A stretch of 24,000 bases of DNA. Origin: Desulfobulbaceae bacterium. GTDB taxonomy: Bacteria > Desulfobacterota > Desulfobulbia > Desulfobulbales > Desulfobulbaceae. Shown in pieces: positions 21,716-24,000 of the stretch. Numbering within the stretch: position 1 is the first letter of the stretch; the number at the start of each line of letters is the position of its first letter. The position numbers were made by a program, and so were the translations under genes. Below the pieces are notes generated by a model. That model did no database searches, was not told the DNA's origin, and worked only from the letters and a program-made list of their open reading frames with translations. Location of the stretch: positions 21,849 through 45,848 of the forward strand of contig JAWSUG010000002.1 of assembly GCA_033549385.1 (NCBI GenBank). The letters run 5' to 3'.

Positions 21716-24000
21716 TTACCTGGGATGATTGGGGGGCAGGTTATTCTGCATGGGAGAAGAGAGTTCAACTTCCATCTCAATTTCCCGCTCGCCGAAGAGA
21801 ACATTCTTGCGCAGGACCTTCAGCATTAAGGTATCACCAGGATTCTTGTCGAGCAGCAGTGCTTTCAGATCGGTGATATCCTCAACTTTCTCTCCTTCTG
21901 CCGCAAGGATTATATCGTTTACCTTCACTCCCGCTTCGCCGGCCTTGCCATGCGGGCTGACCTGGGAAATGCGCACCCGCGTCTCATCCGAAGTTTCGCT
22001 GATTTTTTCCTCCTGCAGCACCACGCCCATTTTGGCCGGCGGCTGAATGTCATAGGACGCTGTATAGACAAGGTAATCAGCCTGATAGCCGGTATGCAGG
22101 CCGGATGCTTCATGATTGATGCTGACCAGAACGCTCTGGGGAACATCCATGCGCCGCTTTACCCGGGGAGGAATGGCGCTGTCCTTGTAAACATGACCGT
22201 TGCCGGCAATGACCACCATGCGCTTTTCAGGGTGCTCCTGAAGATAGGTGACTATGTTGTCCGCCATGACTTCATCCCAGATTGACTGGGCCTGAATAAA
22301 GCCGCTGATTTTTTCAGCATCAATATTGTTTGTATTGTGCATGGCAAAAGCCTGGGAAAGACGGGCACGGTAGCCGGGCACGTCCAGGTCGCGCTCGATC
22401 GGAATCTCGTTGAACTGGTCCTCGGCAAGGGTGTCCAGTCCTCCTTCCTGAAAAACCGTGCTGACAATGGAGCGGTCAATGTTGAGAGCGACAAGAGGGA
22501 TTCCCTTCAGGCGGGCAAAGTTGATAATTTCCCGGTAATATTTGTAATCATATCCCCAGACGGTAAAATAATTAGACTTTTTCAGGAATTCCTTTTCCGT
22601 GGATATTGCGCCTGATATATAGTCGTCCAGGGCCTGCTGCGATGAACGGGGAAACATTTCCATACCGATGGCCAGGTCCGGGTTTTCCCGGTAAAGGGCC
22701 TGGATAACCTGGAGTTGCAGGATATGGTTGCCCATATCGGTATGCATTTCTCCGACATAGACCACTTTTTTATCCTGCAGGGTGTCCACTATCTCGTCAA
22801 AGGTCTGGATGGCAGGAACCGGCAGCCCGTTCGGCTCGGCATAGAGTTGAATATGGATACCGTTGTCGGACTCTTCTATGCTGCTCTTCTGCAGCTTGCC
22901 GTTTTCAAAATGCAGAGAGCTGTATTTCCCGTAATGTCGCAGTTTTCTGGTCGCCTGCTCTGTTTCCTGTTCGTCCGACGAAAAGATAAGCACCATGACT
23001 TCACGGACATTCAGCGGATTGTGCCGGACATCCAGTGAAAACCCGGTTTCCGGATAATCCGGGGCTGCAAAAAGACCGAGGCTGTGCCTGGAGGGACCGA
23101 GAAAAATAAAGCTGCCGTCCCGCAGGTCGGCATTATCAAGTTCGTCCGCAGGAATGATTTCACAGTCAATGCTTTTCAGATATTCGAGCAGAGGTGCATA
23201 TGTGTTTTCATCCGGGGAAGCCAGCACAGCCTTTTTATTTTCCGCTCCGAGAAAAAAGGACCAGATGGTCGGGATCTCATCCGGGCCGAGATCCCGCATC
23301 AGATCATATTCCGGATCAACGAGGAGCTGGATGGGCAGTTCGTCAACGATTATCTCCGCCTCTACCCGGCGGTCATTTACATGAATGATGTCGCGAAATT
23401 CGCCGGTCCGTGTTCTGGTGAGCACCGGCAGCAGAAAATCATAGGGCTGCTCGTTTTTCTGCTCCACCAGAAAGGTTATCCTGGACCTGCCGTCTATCTG
23501 CCGTACCTTCAGATTATTGATGGAAAACCGGATCAGATCCGGGCGGGTCAGCCACTGGGCAAAGAATTCCGCCAGATCCGTATCTGCGGTTGCCGCAAAA
23601 ATGGTTTCAATGTCCTCCCAGCCGGCCCTTTTGAATTTCATTTCCCGGTATAAGTCGGCAACCCCACGGAAAAATAATTCATCCCCCAGATGAAGACGCA
23701 GCATGTGGAAAAGCATGCTTCCCTTGTCATACCCTATCGCCCGCACTTTCCTGGCCATGGGCTGGGAATCGCTGGCGCTGGCAAAATCCTGCAGGACCAT
23801 TTCATTGTCCTGCTGAACATAGGAAATGTAGCGCAACAGCTGATTTTTCCTGTATTCTCCATCTTCTTCCTTATCCGCTGCATAGAGATGGTCGGCAAGG
23901 TATGTTGTCAGCCCCTCCACCCAGTTTCCGCCGGATTCCTTTTGAAACACACTGTTGCCGAACCAGCTGTGAAGGATTTCATGGCCAAGGGAGGTGTCCT
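21716..24000 (-). CDS. Multidomain metallopeptidase: M1-type (gluzincin) peptidase - ChaN/Tiki-like domain - C-terminal PDZ; N-terminus off the right edge
   Basis: The frame stays open upstream of the track's GTG (23950) to the window end, reading DTSLGHEILHSWFGNSVFQKESGGNWVEGLTTYLA. That is HEXXH (nt 23983-23969) plus a downstream Glu. Track aa ~385-632 (nt ~22798-22055) match the ChaN/haem-binding-uptake Tiki-superfamily pattern: VVYVGEMHTD..H.LQ..VIQAL...LAIGMEMF.....ALDDYISG...W.YDY..Y..II.FAR....P.VALN...VVIAGNGHV. Track aa ~640-715 (nt ~22033-21806) look like a PDZ domain (GKAGEAGVKVNDIILAAEGEKVEDITDL...PGDTLMLKVLR). Confidence 0.85.
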   Translation of the reverse strand, partial: DTSLGHEILHSWFGNSVFQKESGGNWVEGLTTYLADHLYAADKEEDGEYRKNQLLRYISYVQQDNEMVLQDFASASDSQPMARKVRAIGYDKGSMLFHMLRLHLGDELFFRGVADLYREMKFKRAGWEDIETIFAATADTDLAEFFAQWLTRPDLIRFSINNLKVRQIDGRSRITFLVEQKNEQPYDFLLPVLTRTRTGEFRDIIHVNDRRVEAEIIVDELPIQLLVDPEYDLMRDLGPDEIPTIWSFFLGAENKKAVLASPDENTYAPLLEYLKSIDCEIIPADELDNADLRDGSFIFLGPSRHSLGLFAAPDYPETGFSLDVRHNPLNVREVMVLIFSSDEQETEQATRKLRHYGKYSSLHFENGKLQKSSIEESDNGIHIQLYAEPNGLPVPAIQTFDEIVDTLQDKKVVYVGEMHTDMGNHILQLQVIQALYRENPDLAIGMEMFPRSSQQALDDYISGAISTEKEFLKKSNYFTVWGYDYKYYREIINFARLKGIPLVALNIDRSIVSTVFQEGGLDTLAEDQFNEIPIERDLDVPGYRARLSQAFAMHNTNNIDAEKISGFIQAQSIWDEVMADNIVTYLQEHPEKRMVVIAGNGHVYKDSAIPPRVKRRMDVPQSVLVSINHEASGLHTGYQADYLVYTASYDIQPPAKMGVVLQEEKISETSDETRVRISQVSPHGKAGEAGVKVNDIILAAEGEKVEDITDLKALLLDKNPGDTLMLKVLRKNVLFGEREIEMEVELSSPMQNNLPPNHPR

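Noticed and set aside
1-24000. A scan for CRISPR arrays, tRNA/rRNA genes, IS or transposase ends, integrases and known defence-system genes.
   Set aside because: I saw no regularly spaced direct repeats, no tRNA-like cloverleaf candidates in intergenic regions, no terminal inverted repeats flanking the AT-rich tract, and no recombinase-like ORF.

Overview
This 24-kb window looks like ordinary chromosome with no rRNA, tRNA, CRISPR array, IS element or integrase. The gene content (FdhD, MobB, MTHFR with a Cys-rich C-terminal domain, DUF1566, CbbQ/CbbO-type pair) and mid-50s %GC flanks suggest an anaerobic Desulfobacterota-like organism; this is an inference, not verified. I support 17 protein-coding genes, two of them truncated by the window edges and so missing from the ORF track, plus one decayed gene remnant. 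In order: PHP phosphoesterase (-, partial); CbbQ/NorQ-type AAA+ ATPase and CbbO/NorD-type vWA protein (+); zinc-finger thioredoxin-2 (+); class I SAM methyltransferase (+); frameshifted remnant (-); FadL/TodX-family porin (-); V4R-like/GAF hybrid histidine kinase (-); 695-aa tandem PilZ-like protein (-); MobB (-); FdhD (+); polytopic membrane protein (-); MTHFR+MTHFR_C fusion (-); APH/AmgK-like kinase (+); Der/EngA (+); FolP (+); DUF1566 protein (+); M1 peptidase-ChaN-PDZ fusion (-, partial). The best candidate for something undescribed is the tightly packed minus-strand module at 6439-12387 (PilZ-like protein -> hybrid kinase -> FadL porin). Its 5' two-thirds lie in a sharply AT-rich tract (~9100-12767) whose boundary falls inside the kinase ORF. 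Secondary leads are a ~130-nt candidate structured RNA with mutually exclusive pairings in the metF/kinase divergent region (17297-17426), a hairpin-rich 473-nt mobB/fdhD intergenic region, an orphan CbbQ/CbbO pair, and an unusual M1-ChaN-PDZ architecture. All family assignments come from reading motifs in the translations; no database search was run.
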